Assembly (NCBI GenBank): GCA_965283875.1
Contig: CBDIQC010000001.1
Coordinates: forward strand, 1,086,378 to 1,150,377
DNA from: an uncultured Elusimicrobia bacterium
GTDB lineage: Bacteria > Elusimicrobiota > Elusimicrobia > UBA1565 > UBA9628
Direction: 5' to 3'
DNA length: 64,000 nt
Every line of letters starts with the position of its first letter. The stretch's first letter is position 1. Positions 8,924 through 18,833 of the stretch are shown here, piece by piece. The notes beneath the pieces were generated by a model. The model searched no databases. It saw only the letters and a program-made list of their open reading frames with translations, and was not told the DNA's origin. A program made the position numbers and the translations under genes.

Positions 8924-10569
8924 GCGGTCTCCTTCATCCGCCGCCTCACGAAGACGGCGAGCAGGAAGGCGAGGCCCGCCATGAAGCCTCCCAACAAGTA
9001 GCGCCGCAGGTTCGCGCCCGCCGGCGGCGACTTGGTCACCTGGCGCATCCGCGTGACGTCACTGTCGCGGCGCGGCGCGCCCGCTTCGACGCCGGCGCCC
9101 GCGGCGCCCGACGCGGCGGCCGCGTCACCGTAGCTCGGCGCCTCGGCGCTCGCCCCGTAGTCCGTCGCGGCGGAGCCGGCCTCACCGGACCCGCCGCCCA
9201 GCGCGCGCGACAACGCGTCGAGCATGGCGCCGAAGCCGCTGCGGCCCGCGGGCGCCCCGCCGGCTGCTTGGCGGCTCTCCCGTTCCTTGGCGACGTTTCG
9301 ACGGTATTCGGCGTCCTCCGCGCGCAGCTTCTCCCAGAAGCTTTTGCTGGAGCTCTCCGTCGGTTTGGCGTCCTTCTTCTCCTGCGCTCCGTCCGCGGCG
9401 AGCCGCTTCGTCGCGTCGAGCGACATGTTGTTGAGGTCCTCGGGCGCCACGTAGCGGCCCTTGGTGTAGGCGCCCTGCGTCGCGTTGGGGTTGCAGTTCC
9501 CATCAAGGCGCCCGCACGTGCGGCTCCACTGGAAGTCGCGGACGTCCGCCGTCGCGGCCACGTCTTTGAAGGTGCTCCCGCGCAGCTCGGGTTTGCTCGC
9601 GTATCGCGTACGAAGCTCCGCGAACTTATCACGCGGGATGACCTGATGGAAATCCGGCCGCTGCATCTGCGCCAGCGGCTCGCGGCCGAGCCGCTTCTGC
9701 AGCTCGCCGATTTCCGCGGCCGATGCCGGAGCGCCGTCGGCGCGCATCACCGCCGCAGCGCCGCCGGGACCGGCGCCGACCTTAAGCCCCATGTCGCGGA
9801 AAGGCTGGCCCAGTCCGCCCGACTGCGCCACCTGCATCTCGGACAGGCTCATGGCGCCGGGAGCGCCGCCGCTGCCGCTCATCGACGGTTTGGGAGCCGA
9901 CATCGTCTTGCCGCCGGCGCCGGGAGAGCCGGGTCCGCCAGGTGAGCCGCCGCCGGGCAACGCAGCGGCGTCCGGGTCCGCAGGTTTGAACAGGCTCTGG
10001 AACAGCCCGGTCAGCCCCTGCGCGTTCTGCTCCGCGCGGGCCTGCTGTTGGGCCGTGATTTGCGGAGCGGCGGCGGCCGGATTGCTCATCGCCAGGGCCA
10101 CGCGTTCACGGTAGGCCGCGTCCGATTCGCCTTCCAAACGCGGCGGCGGCGCGTCGGGAAGCGGCGCGGACACCGCTCCGTTGGGGGTGACGACGCCGGA
10201 CGGTGCGACGAGTCCGACGGGAGCGACGCCGTCGCCGGACGGCGGCGTGTCCTGCCCGGCGGCGCTGGTCCGCGCGGCGGCACGTCTTCGCATCGCCTCT
10301 ACAATCCCGCCAGAGGTACGGCGTCGGCGATGGTCGAGCGGGTCAGGGGCCGGCGCTGGCGTCACGACGTCGTCGCGCTGCGGCAATAACCCGCGCTCTC
10401 GTCGCCATTCCACACCGGCCGGTGAAACGAGGAAGTCGGCGATATAAGCGTCCGTAGGCTTCACGCCGTTGTTCATATCGGTCAAATAAGCAGTGATGTC
10501 GTTGCGGTCGGCCGCTTTCACGGACGCTGCAAACAATAAGAAAAAGACGGTGGTGGCGAACAAGCGCAA
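8920..10569 (-). CDS. secreted, C-terminally membrane-anchored protein, paralog B of tandem pair
   Basis: same architecture and about 150-aa near-identical core as 7268..8923; ATGA overlap between the two. Confidence 0.6.
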   Translation of the reverse strand: MRLFATTVFFLLFAASVKAADRNDITAYLTDMNNGVKPTDAYIADFLVSPAGVEWRRERGLLPQRDDVVTPAPAPDPLDHRRRRTSGGIVEAMRRRAAARTSAAGQDTPPSGDGVAPVGLVAPSGVVTPNGAVSAPLPDAPPPRLEGESDAAYRERVALAMSNPAAAAPQITAQQQARAEQNAQGLTGLFQSLFKPADPDAAALPGGGSPGGPGSPGAGGKTMSAPKPSMSGSGGAPGAMSLSEMQVAQSGGLGQPFRDMGLKVGAGPGGAAAVMRADGAPASAAEIGELQKRLGREPLAQMQRPDFHQVIPRDKFAELRTRYASKPELRGSTFKDVAATADVRDFQWSRTCGRLDGNCNPNATQGAYTKGRYVAPEDLNNMSLDATKRLAADGAQEKKDAKPTESSSKSFWEKLRAEDAEYRRNVAKERESRQAAGGAPAGRSGFGAMLDALSRALGGGSGEAGSAATDYGASAEAPSYGDAAAASGAAGAGVEAGAPRRDSDVTRMRQVTKSPPAGANLRRYLLGGFMAGLAFLLAVFVRRRMKETA

Positions 10570-10600
10570 TTACTCTAATTATTCGCCCGCAACGCCACCC

Positions 10601-10629
10601 TGTCAAGGCCGTCCCGAGAGGGGTAGAAT
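10601..10629 (+). promoter_or_regulatory. putative sigma70 promoter (TGTCAA-17-TAGAAT) giving a very short leader for the CHASE2-cyclase gene
   Basis: tgtcaa 10601-06, tagaat 10624-29, ATG at 10642. Confidence 0.3.
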
Positions 10630-10635
10630 ACACCC

Positions 10636-12758
10636 GTGGCCATGCCCGCCGGCGGTTTAAAACGCCTTCTGCCTCTCTTGGCGCTCCTCGCCGCGGTCGG
10701 CGCGTTGAGCCTGGTCGCGCGTTCGACCGACCTCGGCCGCGTGGCCGAGCTCAAAACCGTGGACTGGCGCTTCCGTTCCTACAGCACGGCGTCTCGCCAC
10801 GACCCGGACATCGTGCTCGTGGTCGTGGACCAGGCCAGCCTCGACCATTTCGAGAAGGACGGCGTGTATTGGCCCTGGCCGCGCAGCATCTACGGCGCCG
10901 CGTTATCCTTCCTTAAGAAAGGCGGGGCCCGCGCGGTCGTCCTCGACATCCTCTTCAGCAACCCCTCCGCCATCGGGGCCGACCAGGACGTCGAGCTCGC
11001 CAGAGCGTTCAAGGATTTCGGCAACGTCGTCGCGGCGATGGAGACCAGCCCGTACCCCGACGAGCGGCGCGCCGCCGCGCCGCCGGCGCGGTTCGCGACG
11101 GCCGCGCCGGCGCTGGCCGCCGCGGCACCGGCGCGGCAATCCGTCGCGGCCGCCGAAGGCCTGAGCTGGCCAGCCGCCGCCCGCTTCCTCGGCGACACCT
11201 CCATGCCGCCCGACCTCGACGGGATTTTTCGGCGAGTGCCGCTGGCCGTGCGTTTCGGCGACGCGTTGTACCCGACCTTGCCCTCCGCCGCCGCGATGGC
11301 GGCCACGGGCAAATCCTCGCCGAGCTCGCGCCGCCCGAAGGCGGCCCGTTGCCCGTGCGTTTTCACGGCAAAAGCTCGAGCCAAGACCCGCGCCTCAAGA
11401 CCTACGAGGTCCACCCCATCGGGGACCTCATCCTCGCCTGGCAGGCGCTCTCCGAGGGCCGCAAACCCGCGCTCGACCCGGCGCGCTTCAAGGACAAAAC
11501 CGTCTTCATCGGCATGACCGCCGCGGGCCTGCTCGACAACCGCCCCTCCCCCGTCTCGCCCGTCTTCCCCGGCACGGAGATTCTCGCCGCCGCGACCGAC
11601 AACCTCGTCAACCGCGATTTCCTGAAAACGTGCGGGACGGGCTCGGCGCTGGCGCTCATCCTCGCCGGCCTGCTCGCGGCCGGGCTCGCGTCGCGGCTGT
11701 CGAAATACGCGTGGATGTCCTTCGGCCTCGCCTTGGCCGCGTCCGCCGCGTTGGCCGGCGTCGCGGTCGCGGCCTTCCGCCACGGCCTCCTGCTCGACGT
11801 CGCCGCGCCGCAGCTCGCGCTCTGGCTCGGCTTCGCCGCCGCTTCCGCCTGGAGCTACGCCGTCGAAGGCCGCCAGCACCGCTACATCCAGGGCGCCTTC
11901 GGCCACTACCTCTCCCCCGAGATCGTGCGCCGCATCTCGGAGAGCCCCGAGAGCCTGCGCCTGGGCGGCGAACGGCGCGAGGTCACGTTCTACTTCTCCG
12001 ACATCGCGGGCTTCACCACCTTCTCCGAGAAGCTCGAGCCCGAGGCGTTGACCAAGCTGATGAACACCTACCTCGGCGAGATGACCGACACCGTGCTCGA
12101 AACCGGCGGCACGCTCGACAAATACATCGGCGACGCCGTGATGGCGTTCTGGGGCGCGCCGCTGCCCATGGACGGCCACGCGCTGGTCGCCTGCAAGGTC
12201 GCGCTGACCAACCAGAAGAAGCTGGTGCGCCTGCGCGAGGAGTGGGCCAAGGCCGGCTGGCCGCCGGTCCACAACCGCATCGGCCTCAACTCGGGCCCGG
12301 CCATCATCGGGAACATGGGCTCTCCCAAACGCTTCAGCTACACCGCCATCGGCGACAACGTCAACCTCGCCTCGCGCCTGGAAGGCGCCAACAAGCCTTA
12401 CGGCACGGGCATCATGATCTCGGAGTCCACGCGCCTGGCCGCCGGCGACGCCATCGAGGTCCGCGAGCTTGACTACATCAAGGTGAAAGGAAAGAATCTC
12501 CCCATCCGCGTCTTCGAGCTGCTCGGCCTCAAGGGCGAGACGGACCCGAAGCTCCTGGCCAAGGCGCGGCGCTTCGAGGCGGGCCTGGCGCATCTGCGCG
12601 CGCGCCGGCTCGACGAGGCGGAGGCGGCGTTTCGCGCCGTCGTCGCGGAGCACGGCCCGGACGACTCGTGCGAGCTTTTCCTCGAACGCTGCGCCGAGGT
12701 CCGCGCCGAGCCGCCGCCGCCGGATTGGGACGGGTCGTTCGCGTTGACGGAGAAATAG
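10636..12758 (+). CDS. CHASE2 sensor domain - class III adenylate/guanylate cyclase, interrupted by a 1-nt frameshift near 11311-11313
   Basis: N-terminal TM + CHASE2-like periplasmic region, two further TMs, cyclase motifs FSDIAGFTTFSE...GDAVMAFWGAP...IGLNSGPAIIGNMG; reading frame switches between track ORFs 10636..11517 and 11349..12758 at an aaa run. Confidence 0.75.
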
Positions 12759-12765
12759 GAGCCTT

Positions 12766-13233
12766 ATGAAGAAGAAGATCGCCGTCCTGCTCGCGGCCGC
12801 GGGCTTTCCCGCCGCCGCGCTCGCCGCCACGGTCACCGTGCTGGTCCAAGAGACCGCCGTGCGCAAGAAGCCCCAGTTCTTCGCCCCCTCCGTCGGCGCC
12901 GCCAAGCTCGGCCAGTCCTTCGAGGCCGAAGGCCCCGACGACGGCTGGTACAAGGTGGACGGCCGCCTCGACGGCTACATCCACGCCAGCGCGGTCACCG
13001 CCAAGAAGGTGAAGATCGGCGCCGGCGACACGGTGGGCGGCGGCGCCAGCGCCGAAGAGGTCACCCTCGCGGGCAAAGGCTTCAACGCCCAGGTCGAGAA
13101 GTCCTACGGCGCCAAAAACGGCTCCGCGGACTTCTCCGCGGTCAACGCGATGGAGCGCCGCGGCGTGTCGGAGAACGCCGTGCTCGACTTCATGCGCGCG
13201 GGCGGCCTGCTGCCCGAGGGAGGCGCCCGATGA
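12766..13233 (+). CDS. secreted protein with bacterial SH3-like domain
   Basis: signal peptide MKKKIAVLLAAAGFPAAALA; ...VRKKPQFFAPSVGAAKLGQSFEAEGPDDGWYKVDGRLDGYIHASAV resembles SH3b. Confidence 0.5.
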   Translation: MKKKIAVLLAAAGFPAAALAATVTVLVQETAVRKKPQFFAPSVGAAKLGQSFEAEGPDDGWYKVDGRLDGYIHASAVTAKKVKIGAGDTVGGGASAEEVTLAGKGFNAQVEKSYGAKNGSADFSAVNAMERRGVSENAVLDFMRAGGLLPEGGAR

Positions 13234-14105
13234 AACGCGCGCTCCCGCTGCTGCTCCTGCTGCTCGCCGGCTGCGCCGGCCTCGAGCAATACGGCCTGGG
13301 CGCCGACAGCGCCGTCGGCCAGCGCCTCAAGAAGGTCGATCTCGACAAGGTCGGCAAAGGCGTCACCGCGCTGCGCAAAGGCGTCGAGGAGATCTCCGAG
13401 AGCGAGGAGTATTACATCGGCCGCGCGGTGTCCGCGCAGATTCTCGCCCGCTACAAACCCTGGCGCAACGAGGCCGCCAACCTCTACGCCCAGAAGGTCC
13501 TGCAGGCGGTCGCCATGGCTTCCGACCGTCCGAACACCTTCAAGGGCTGGCACGTCCAGCTCCTCGACAGCGACGAGGTCAACGCCTTCGCCGCGCCCGG
13601 CGGCTTCGTTTTCGTCACCCGCGGCATGGTCAAGCGCACCAAGACCGAGGACGAGCTGGCCGGCGTGCTCGCCCACGAGGTCGCGCACGTGGTCAAGAAA
13701 CACGGCCTCAAGACCATCCAGACCGCGCGCCTGACCTCCGCGTTCACCATCCTCGGCTCCGAAGCCGCCAAGAGCTACACGCCCCAGCAGGTCTCGCAGC
13801 TGACGTCCGCCTTCGAAGGCGCGGTCGAGGACGTGGTCAACAAGCTCGTGGTCAACGGCTACAGCCGCGACAAGGAGTTCGAGTCCGACCGGCTCGGCGC
13901 GGACTACGCCAAGGCCGCGAACTACGACCCCAACGCGCTGAAGGCCTTCCTGGAGCGCCTCGGCTCCGACGACAAGGGCGGCGGCGTGTTCAAGACGCAC
14001 CCCTCGTCGGCCAAACGCGTGGACGAGCTGGGCTCGCTATCCGCCTCGGCCTCGCACAAGAAGCCCGGCGTGCGCCAGGCCCGCTACAACGCCGCGCTGC
14101 GTTAG
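13230..14105 (+). CDS. M48-family zinc metalloprotease lipoprotein (BepA/YcaL-like)
   Basis: lipobox LLAGC; HEVAHVVKKH (HExxH) with downstream E; ATGA overlap with upstream gene. Confidence 0.85.
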   Translation: MKRALPLLLLLLAGCAGLEQYGLGADSAVGQRLKKVDLDKVGKGVTALRKGVEEISESEEYYIGRAVSAQILARYKPWRNEAANLYAQKVLQAVAMASDRPNTFKGWHVQLLDSDEVNAFAAPGGFVFVTRGMVKRTKTEDELAGVLAHEVAHVVKKHGLKTIQTARLTSAFTILGSEAAKSYTPQQVSQLTSAFEGAVEDVVNKLVVNGYSRDKEFESDRLGADYAKAANYDPNALKAFLERLGSDDKGGGVFKTHPSSAKRVDELGSLSASASHKKPGVRQARYNAALR

Positions 14106-14192
14106 AACCCCGGGCCATTTGGCCGCCCCCGTGGGGGTCCCACGGCCCATGCGGCTCGCGTGCTTCCTCTATACAATGAAGCCGTGAGCGAC

Positions 14193-15680
14193 ATGCGGCC
14201 TTTTTGGCTGCTTCTGCTGGCCGTTCCCGCCTCCGCGACCCGCGTCGTGGTGCCCCGGGTGCCCTCGGTGACGTCCGTCTCACCGCTGGGAACCGGCATG
14301 GCGGCGCCGACCCTGCGCCTGACGGGAACCACCTCCCCGCTCTCGGCGCCGCTCGGCGCCCCGACCGTCGGTTTCCCCCAGCTGCCGCCGGCGCCCGCGC
14401 TCGCCTTGCCCCGGCAGGCCGCGCCGGCCGACGCGCCGAAGCCTCTCGTGCCGGGCCTGCCCGCGGTGCCGATGCCCAATTTCATCCCGCAGGCCGCCCG
14501 CGCCGACGCCCCGCTCGAGGACCTCACCGGCGGCGGCCGCGCGCAGTTCGATCTGGCCGCGCCCGCCAAAGGCGCGGTGGACGTCTCCGGCGCGCGCGCC
14601 GCGTCGCCCTCCGGACCCGCGCTCGAGCCGGGCTGGACGCTCGGCTCCTTCGAGGGCGATGGCGGGCTCCCCGTCAGCTACAAACGCCGCGCGGGCGCCG
14701 ACGCGACGGCCCCCGCCCGCGTGTTCTCCGGAGGCCTGGCGCTCAACGAGAGCTACGACACCCTTTTCGCCGGACGCCCGGCCGCCCGCGACGAATATTT
14801 CCTATGGACCCGCGCCCACGCCCCGACCGGCTGGACGCCGACGCGTTCGCCGCTCGACGCGGACGCGCGCGACCTCGCGCGTATGCTCGTGACCGCGGCC
14901 CGCGAGAACGCCTCCGGCAAAACCGAGCTCGTGCTGCATTCCTTCGGCACGCTCGTCTTCCAGCGCCTGCTCCAGCTGCGCGGCGAACCCGTCGTGGACG
15001 CGGCGCTGGCGACCTTGGCGGGCCAACGCGTCGTGTTCCTGCACGGCACCACGCGTTACGAAGGCTCGGAGCGGCGCGCCGGCCGCGAGTTCGAGCAGAT
15101 GGGCCAGGCCACGCGCGCCTTCACCGACTGGCTCAACACCGCCGATTCGATGGTCGAGCTCTGGGAGAGCACCGCGCGCCTCAACCCGCTGCTGGGCCCG
15201 GCCGTGGAGATGTGGCTCGCGCAGTGGCGCGTGCAGCGCCGGCAGGTGCTCGCGATGGCCTCGCGCGACGCGGTGGCCATGATGCGCCAGGACCTCGCCG
15301 AGCCCTGGGCGCCCGAGCTCGAGCCCCACCGCCGCCGCTTCCAGGCCGCGCTCGAACGCGACGCGCTCGACCCGGGCTGGCAGGAGGCGCTGCTGCGCCG
15401 CTCCGGCGACATGTTCCGCCTCGCCATGACCCCCGCCGACGTCAAACACCTGCGCAAGCTCGGCGTCCAGCTCGAGATGGTCCACGCCCGCGGCGACAAG
15501 CTCCTCAACTGGGAGACCGCCCGCGCGCTCTACGATTTGTACGGCGTGAAATCCCCCGCCGAGCTTCCGCCCGCCGGCACCGTGCTCGAAGGCCGCGGCG
15601 CGCGCGCCATCGTCGTGGACGGCGACCACTACTGGCCGCTCAAGCGCCCCGGCGAGCTCGCCCGCCTCCTCGACCGATGA
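14193..15680 (+). CDS. secreted Pro-rich protein with putative alpha/beta-hydrolase-like C-terminal domain
   Basis: signal peptide MRPFWLLLLAVPASA, long P/A-rich linker, LHSFGT nucleophile-elbow-like motif; function uncertain. Confidence 0.4.
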   Translation: MRPFWLLLLAVPASATRVVVPRVPSVTSVSPLGTGMAAPTLRLTGTTSPLSAPLGAPTVGFPQLPPAPALALPRQAAPADAPKPLVPGLPAVPMPNFIPQAARADAPLEDLTGGGRAQFDLAAPAKGAVDVSGARAASPSGPALEPGWTLGSFEGDGGLPVSYKRRAGADATAPARVFSGGLALNESYDTLFAGRPAARDEYFLWTRAHAPTGWTPTRSPLDADARDLARMLVTAARENASGKTELVLHSFGTLVFQRLLQLRGEPVVDAALATLAGQRVVFLHGTTRYEGSERRAGREFEQMGQATRAFTDWLNTADSMVELWESTARLNPLLGPAVEMWLAQWRVQRRQVLAMASRDAVAMMRQDLAEPWAPELEPHRRRFQAALERDALDPGWQEALLRRSGDMFRLAMTPADVKHLRKLGVQLEMVHARGDKLLNWETARALYDLYGVKSPAELPPAGTVLEGRGARAIVVDGDHYWPLKRPGELARLLDR

Positions 15681-16846
15681 AGGCCGTCCGCGCCCTCGGG
15701 CTGCAGCTGGGCCTGCCGCGCGTTCCCGTGTACGCCGCGCGCGAGACGGAAGATCTCACCACGCGCGCCGAGCGCGCGGCGAACTCGGTGCACCTCGACG
15801 CCCAGCACATCGCTCCGCCGAAATCATTCTGGACCCCTTTGCCCAAGGCCGTGCCCGGCCTCCTCGTCGAGGGCACCTTGGCGCCGGACCATCACGCGCG
15901 TTATCTTCTGCGCGTTCCCAAAGATTGGAACGGCCGTCTCGTCGTCGCGGCCGCCTCCGGCGTGACCGGCGAGCGCACCTACGACCTCTACCTCTCCGAC
16001 TACCTGCTGTCGAAAGGCTACGCCTTCGCCGCCACCGACAAAGGCGTCCACCTGGGCCTGGTGGACGACGTCATCGTCATCCCGCAGACGCCGGAGTCCT
16101 CGCTGCGCCGCTGGGCCGGCCGACTCGAGGACCTCGCCGTCGCCGCGAGCGCGGAGTGCGCCAAGGCCCGCGGCAAGAAGCCCGCCTACGTGTACGCCGC
16201 GGGCCTGTCCAACGGCGGCTACGTCGCGCGCAAGGCCGCGGAATCCTCCAGCGGCCTGTTCGCCGGCGCCATCGAGGTGTCGGGCGTGCTCTGGCGCGCC
16301 GACGCCGGCAACATCCTGCGCGAGCTGCCCGCCGCCCTGCGCGCCGCGGTCGCCGCGCCCTTCGACCGCAAGGCGCTCGCCGCCGCCGGCTACCCGGCCT
16401 TCGACGCGAAGTGGGAGCCGGTCGTGGCCTGGTACCGCGACATGTATTGGTCGGCCGTGCTGCACATGTTCATCGGCGACCTCGATCCGACTTACGCGGG
16501 CGAGGCGGAGCGCTACGACTTCTCAGCGCGCCCCGCCGCCATCGAAGCCGTCCGCGCCTTCGAGAACACCGGCGACCTCAAGGTGCCTCTCGTCTCCATC
16601 GCCGGCCGCCAGGACTGGCTCATCCCCTGCGCGTCCCACGCCGAAGCCTACGCCGCGTTGATCCGGAAGGCCGGCAAGTCGGCCCTGCACACGCTCGAGG
16701 TGGTCGAGGACGCCGCGCACATCGACACCAACGCCGAGACCTTCCCCTTCATCGCCCCGCTCATGCCGCGCCTGCACGCGGCCTTCGACGCCCTGACGGT
16801 CCGCGTCGAGAGCGCTACTGCGCCGTCCAGCCCCCGTCCACGCTGA
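15677..16846 (+). CDS. alpha/beta hydrolase (possible 3-hydroxybutyrate-oligomer hydrolase-type esterase)
   Basis: GLSNGGY (GxSxG) nucleophile elbow; ATGA overlap with upstream gene; convergent and 32-nt overlapping with bdhA. Confidence 0.55.
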   Translation: MKAVRALGLQLGLPRVPVYAARETEDLTTRAERAANSVHLDAQHIAPPKSFWTPLPKAVPGLLVEGTLAPDHHARYLLRVPKDWNGRLVVAAASGVTGERTYDLYLSDYLLSKGYAFAATDKGVHLGLVDDVIVIPQTPESSLRRWAGRLEDLAVAASAECAKARGKKPAYVYAAGLSNGGYVARKAAESSSGLFAGAIEVSGVLWRADAGNILRELPAALRAAVAAPFDRKALAAAGYPAFDAKWEPVVAWYRDMYWSAVLHMFIGDLDPTYAGEAERYDFSARPAAIEAVRAFENTGDLKVPLVSIAGRQDWLIPCASHAEAYAALIRKAGKSALHTLEVVEDAAHIDTNAETFPFIAPLMPRLHAAFDALTVRVESATAPSSPRPR

Positions 16847-17600
16847 GCGAAGAGCCGCTCATCTGCGCGGCCGCGTCCGAGCACAGGAACACCGCAAGGC
16901 CGCCGATCTGCTCGGGCGTGGCGAAGTCCCCGGAAGGCTGCTTCTCGGCGAGCAGGCGTTTGCGCGCCGCCTCCTCGCTGAGCCCCTCGCGTTTGGCGAG
17001 CGCGTCGATCTGCTTCTGGACGAGCGGGGTGAGCACCCAGCCCGGGCAGATGGCGTTGCACGTGATGCCCGACCCCGCGGTCTCGAGCGCGGTCACCTTG
17101 GTCAGCCCGACCAGCCCGTGTTTGGCCGCCACGTAGGCGGCTTTGCCCGTCGAGGCGACCAGCCCGTGCGCGGACGCCAGGTTGATGATGCGGCCCCAGC
17201 CGCGCCGGCGCATGCCCGGCAAAGCGGCCTTGATGCTGTGGAAGCTCGATGAGAGGTTGATGGCGAGCACGGCGTCCCATTTGTCCTCGGGGAACTCCTC
17301 GATGGGCGCGACGTGCTGGATGCCGGCGTTGTTGACCAGGATGTCCACCGCGCCCAGCTCCTTCTCGCCGGCGCGCACGAGGTGCACGATGTCCGCGGGT
17401 TTGGACATGTCGGCGCCGTGGTAGCCCACGCGCGCGCCCGACAGGCGGGCCAGCCCCTCGCGCAGCTCCTCGATGAGCGCCTTGTCGCCGAAGCCGTTGA
17501 GCATCACCGCCGCGCCCTGCGACGCCAGCGCCCGGGCGATGCCCAGCCCGATGCCGCTCGTCGAACCCGTCACCACCGCCGCCTTGCCCTTGAGAGTCAC
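16815..17600 (-). CDS. bdhA: 3-hydroxybutyrate dehydrogenase (SDR family)
   Basis: 261 aa; TGSTSGIG Rossmann motif, NNAG, YVAAKHG (YxxxK) catalytic motif, strong similarity pattern to BdhA. Confidence 0.85.
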   Translation of the reverse strand: MTLKGKAAVVTGSTSGIGLGIARALASQGAAVMLNGFGDKALIEELREGLARLSGARVGYHGADMSKPADIVHLVRAGEKELGAVDILVNNAGIQHVAPIEEFPEDKWDAVLAINLSSSFHSIKAALPGMRRRGWGRIINLASAHGLVASTGKAAYVAAKHGLVGLTKVTALETAGSGITCNAICPGWVLTPLVQKQIDALAKREGLSEEAARKRLLAEKQPSGDFATPEQIGGLAVFLCSDAAAQMSGSSLSVDGGWTAQ

Positions 17601-17625
17601 GCGCGCCCCCGTGTGTTCAAATCAA

Positions 17626-17696
17626 AGCCCCCTCCCAGAATCGAACTGGGGTAGCTTGTTTACAAAACAAGTGCTCTACCACTGAGCTAAGGGGGC
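17626..17696 (-). tRNA. tRNA-Thr (anticodon UGU)
   Basis: cloverleaf read by hand on minus strand: GCCCCCT/AGGGGGC acceptor, GCTC-AGTGGTA-GAGC D arm, CTTGT-TTTGTAA-ACAAG anticodon arm, CCCAG-TTCGATT-CTGGG T arm; no encoded CCA. Confidence 0.8.
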
Positions 17697-18784
17697 GTCA
17701 CGACGGAGTTTAACAGGTTGGGCCGGGCTTGGGGAGGGGTGCGGCGGCCCAGCGTCCGGTCCGCGTAACGAACGACCTCCTCCCAATAACCGCGGTCCAT
17801 GGTGTGCCAGGTCCAGCGGCGGTGTTGGACCGCGCGTCCGGGGGCGCCGAGCAGGCGGTACACGGCCTCGGCGCGGCGCAGGCTCTCCGCCGCGCTCCAG
17901 TAGTTCGACCACACGTCCAGACGTCCCTCGGTGTCGAGCAGCGGGCGCGGCGCCACGAGCGCGACCAGCTCGTCTTGGTCCACCGGCAGACGACTCGGAT
18001 CGTCGGCGTAGCCGCGGAAGGCGTCCGCGAACCAATGCGGGTAATCCCGCGTGATGCGGCCGACGCTCTCGAGGCGGTTGCCGCGACTGAGCGCCATGCC
18101 GCCCGTGCCCGACTGGTGCGGCACGACCAGCGCGAAACGTTCGTCGAGCGCTCCGGCCAGCAGCGCCGCCTTGCCGCGCCGCGAATGGCCCCAGACGATG
18201 AGGCGCGCCGGGTCCACGTCGGGGTCGCGCGCGAGTTGGTCGGCGACGCGCCGCAGGCCCCACGCCCAGGCGGCGACGGCGCCCCAGGAGCCCGGCAGGT
18301 CGCGGCGCACGCCGTCGCCGTCGGGCCGGTCGAGCTCGACGTCGCTTTCATGAAAGGTGGCGAGCGCGTAGCCCGACGCGAGCAGCGTCTCCACCGACCA
18401 GAACGCCGTCTGCCCGCCGCGGCGGCTCCAGCGGAAGAAGCCGCAGGCCGGATGGAGCCACGCCTTCGTCTCGCGCAGGACCGGGTCCGGGAGCACGGCC
18501 TGGTTGCCGCATTTGTTGGCCGCGACGATGACGGGGAAGGGCCCGGGGCCCGGCGGGAGGAACACCGCGAGCTCGATGACGCGGCGCGTGCCTTCGAGCC
18601 GCAGGGCGGCCTGTTTCACGCGGCCGTTTTTAAGCTGCGCGGCCTCGGCTCGTTCGACGACGACCCGCCGCGGCGGCGGCGCCTCGCCGTACACGTGCCT
18701 TTCGAAGAGGCGGATGAGCTCCGGGCGACGAACCTCGCGCCATTGCTTCGGCGTGAGCACGGGTTTCCCGTCGGACGTCGTCAA
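17687..18784 (-). CDS. alpha/beta hydrolase, carbohydrate esterase family 15 (glucuronoyl esterase)-like
   Basis: GHSRRGK matches CE15 G-C/x-S-R-x-G nucleophile motif; 3' end overlaps tRNA-Thr 5' end by 10 nt. Confidence 0.5.
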   Translation of the reverse strand: MTTSDGKPVLTPKQWREVRRPELIRLFERHVYGEAPPPRRVVVERAEAAQLKNGRVKQAALRLEGTRRVIELAVFLPPGPGPFPVIVAANKCGNQAVLPDPVLRETKAWLHPACGFFRWSRRGGQTAFWSVETLLASGYALATFHESDVELDRPDGDGVRRDLPGSWGAVAAWAWGLRRVADQLARDPDVDPARLIVWGHSRRGKAALLAGALDERFALVVPHQSGTGGMALSRGNRLESVGRITRDYPHWFADAFRGYADDPSRLPVDQDELVALVAPRPLLDTEGRLDVWSNYWSAAESLRRAEAVYRLLGAPGRAVQHRRWTWHTMDRGYWEEVVRYADRTLGRRTPPQARPNLLNSVVTPP

Positions 18785-18833
18785 CGCGTCCGCGCCGCGC
18801 GCGCGGGCATCAGGGCAGCGAGCGCGAGAAAAG

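Noticed and set aside
10890-12953. 687-aa minus-strand ORF
   Set aside because: Antisense to the well-supported CHASE2-cyclase gene. Sequence is low complexity (RRRR/GGGG) with no motifs.
14204-16846. 880-aa ORF spanning two genes
   Set aside because: An out-of-frame read-through across 14193..15680 and 15677..16846. The translation is Arg/Pro-rich nonsense until it happens to join the second gene's frame.
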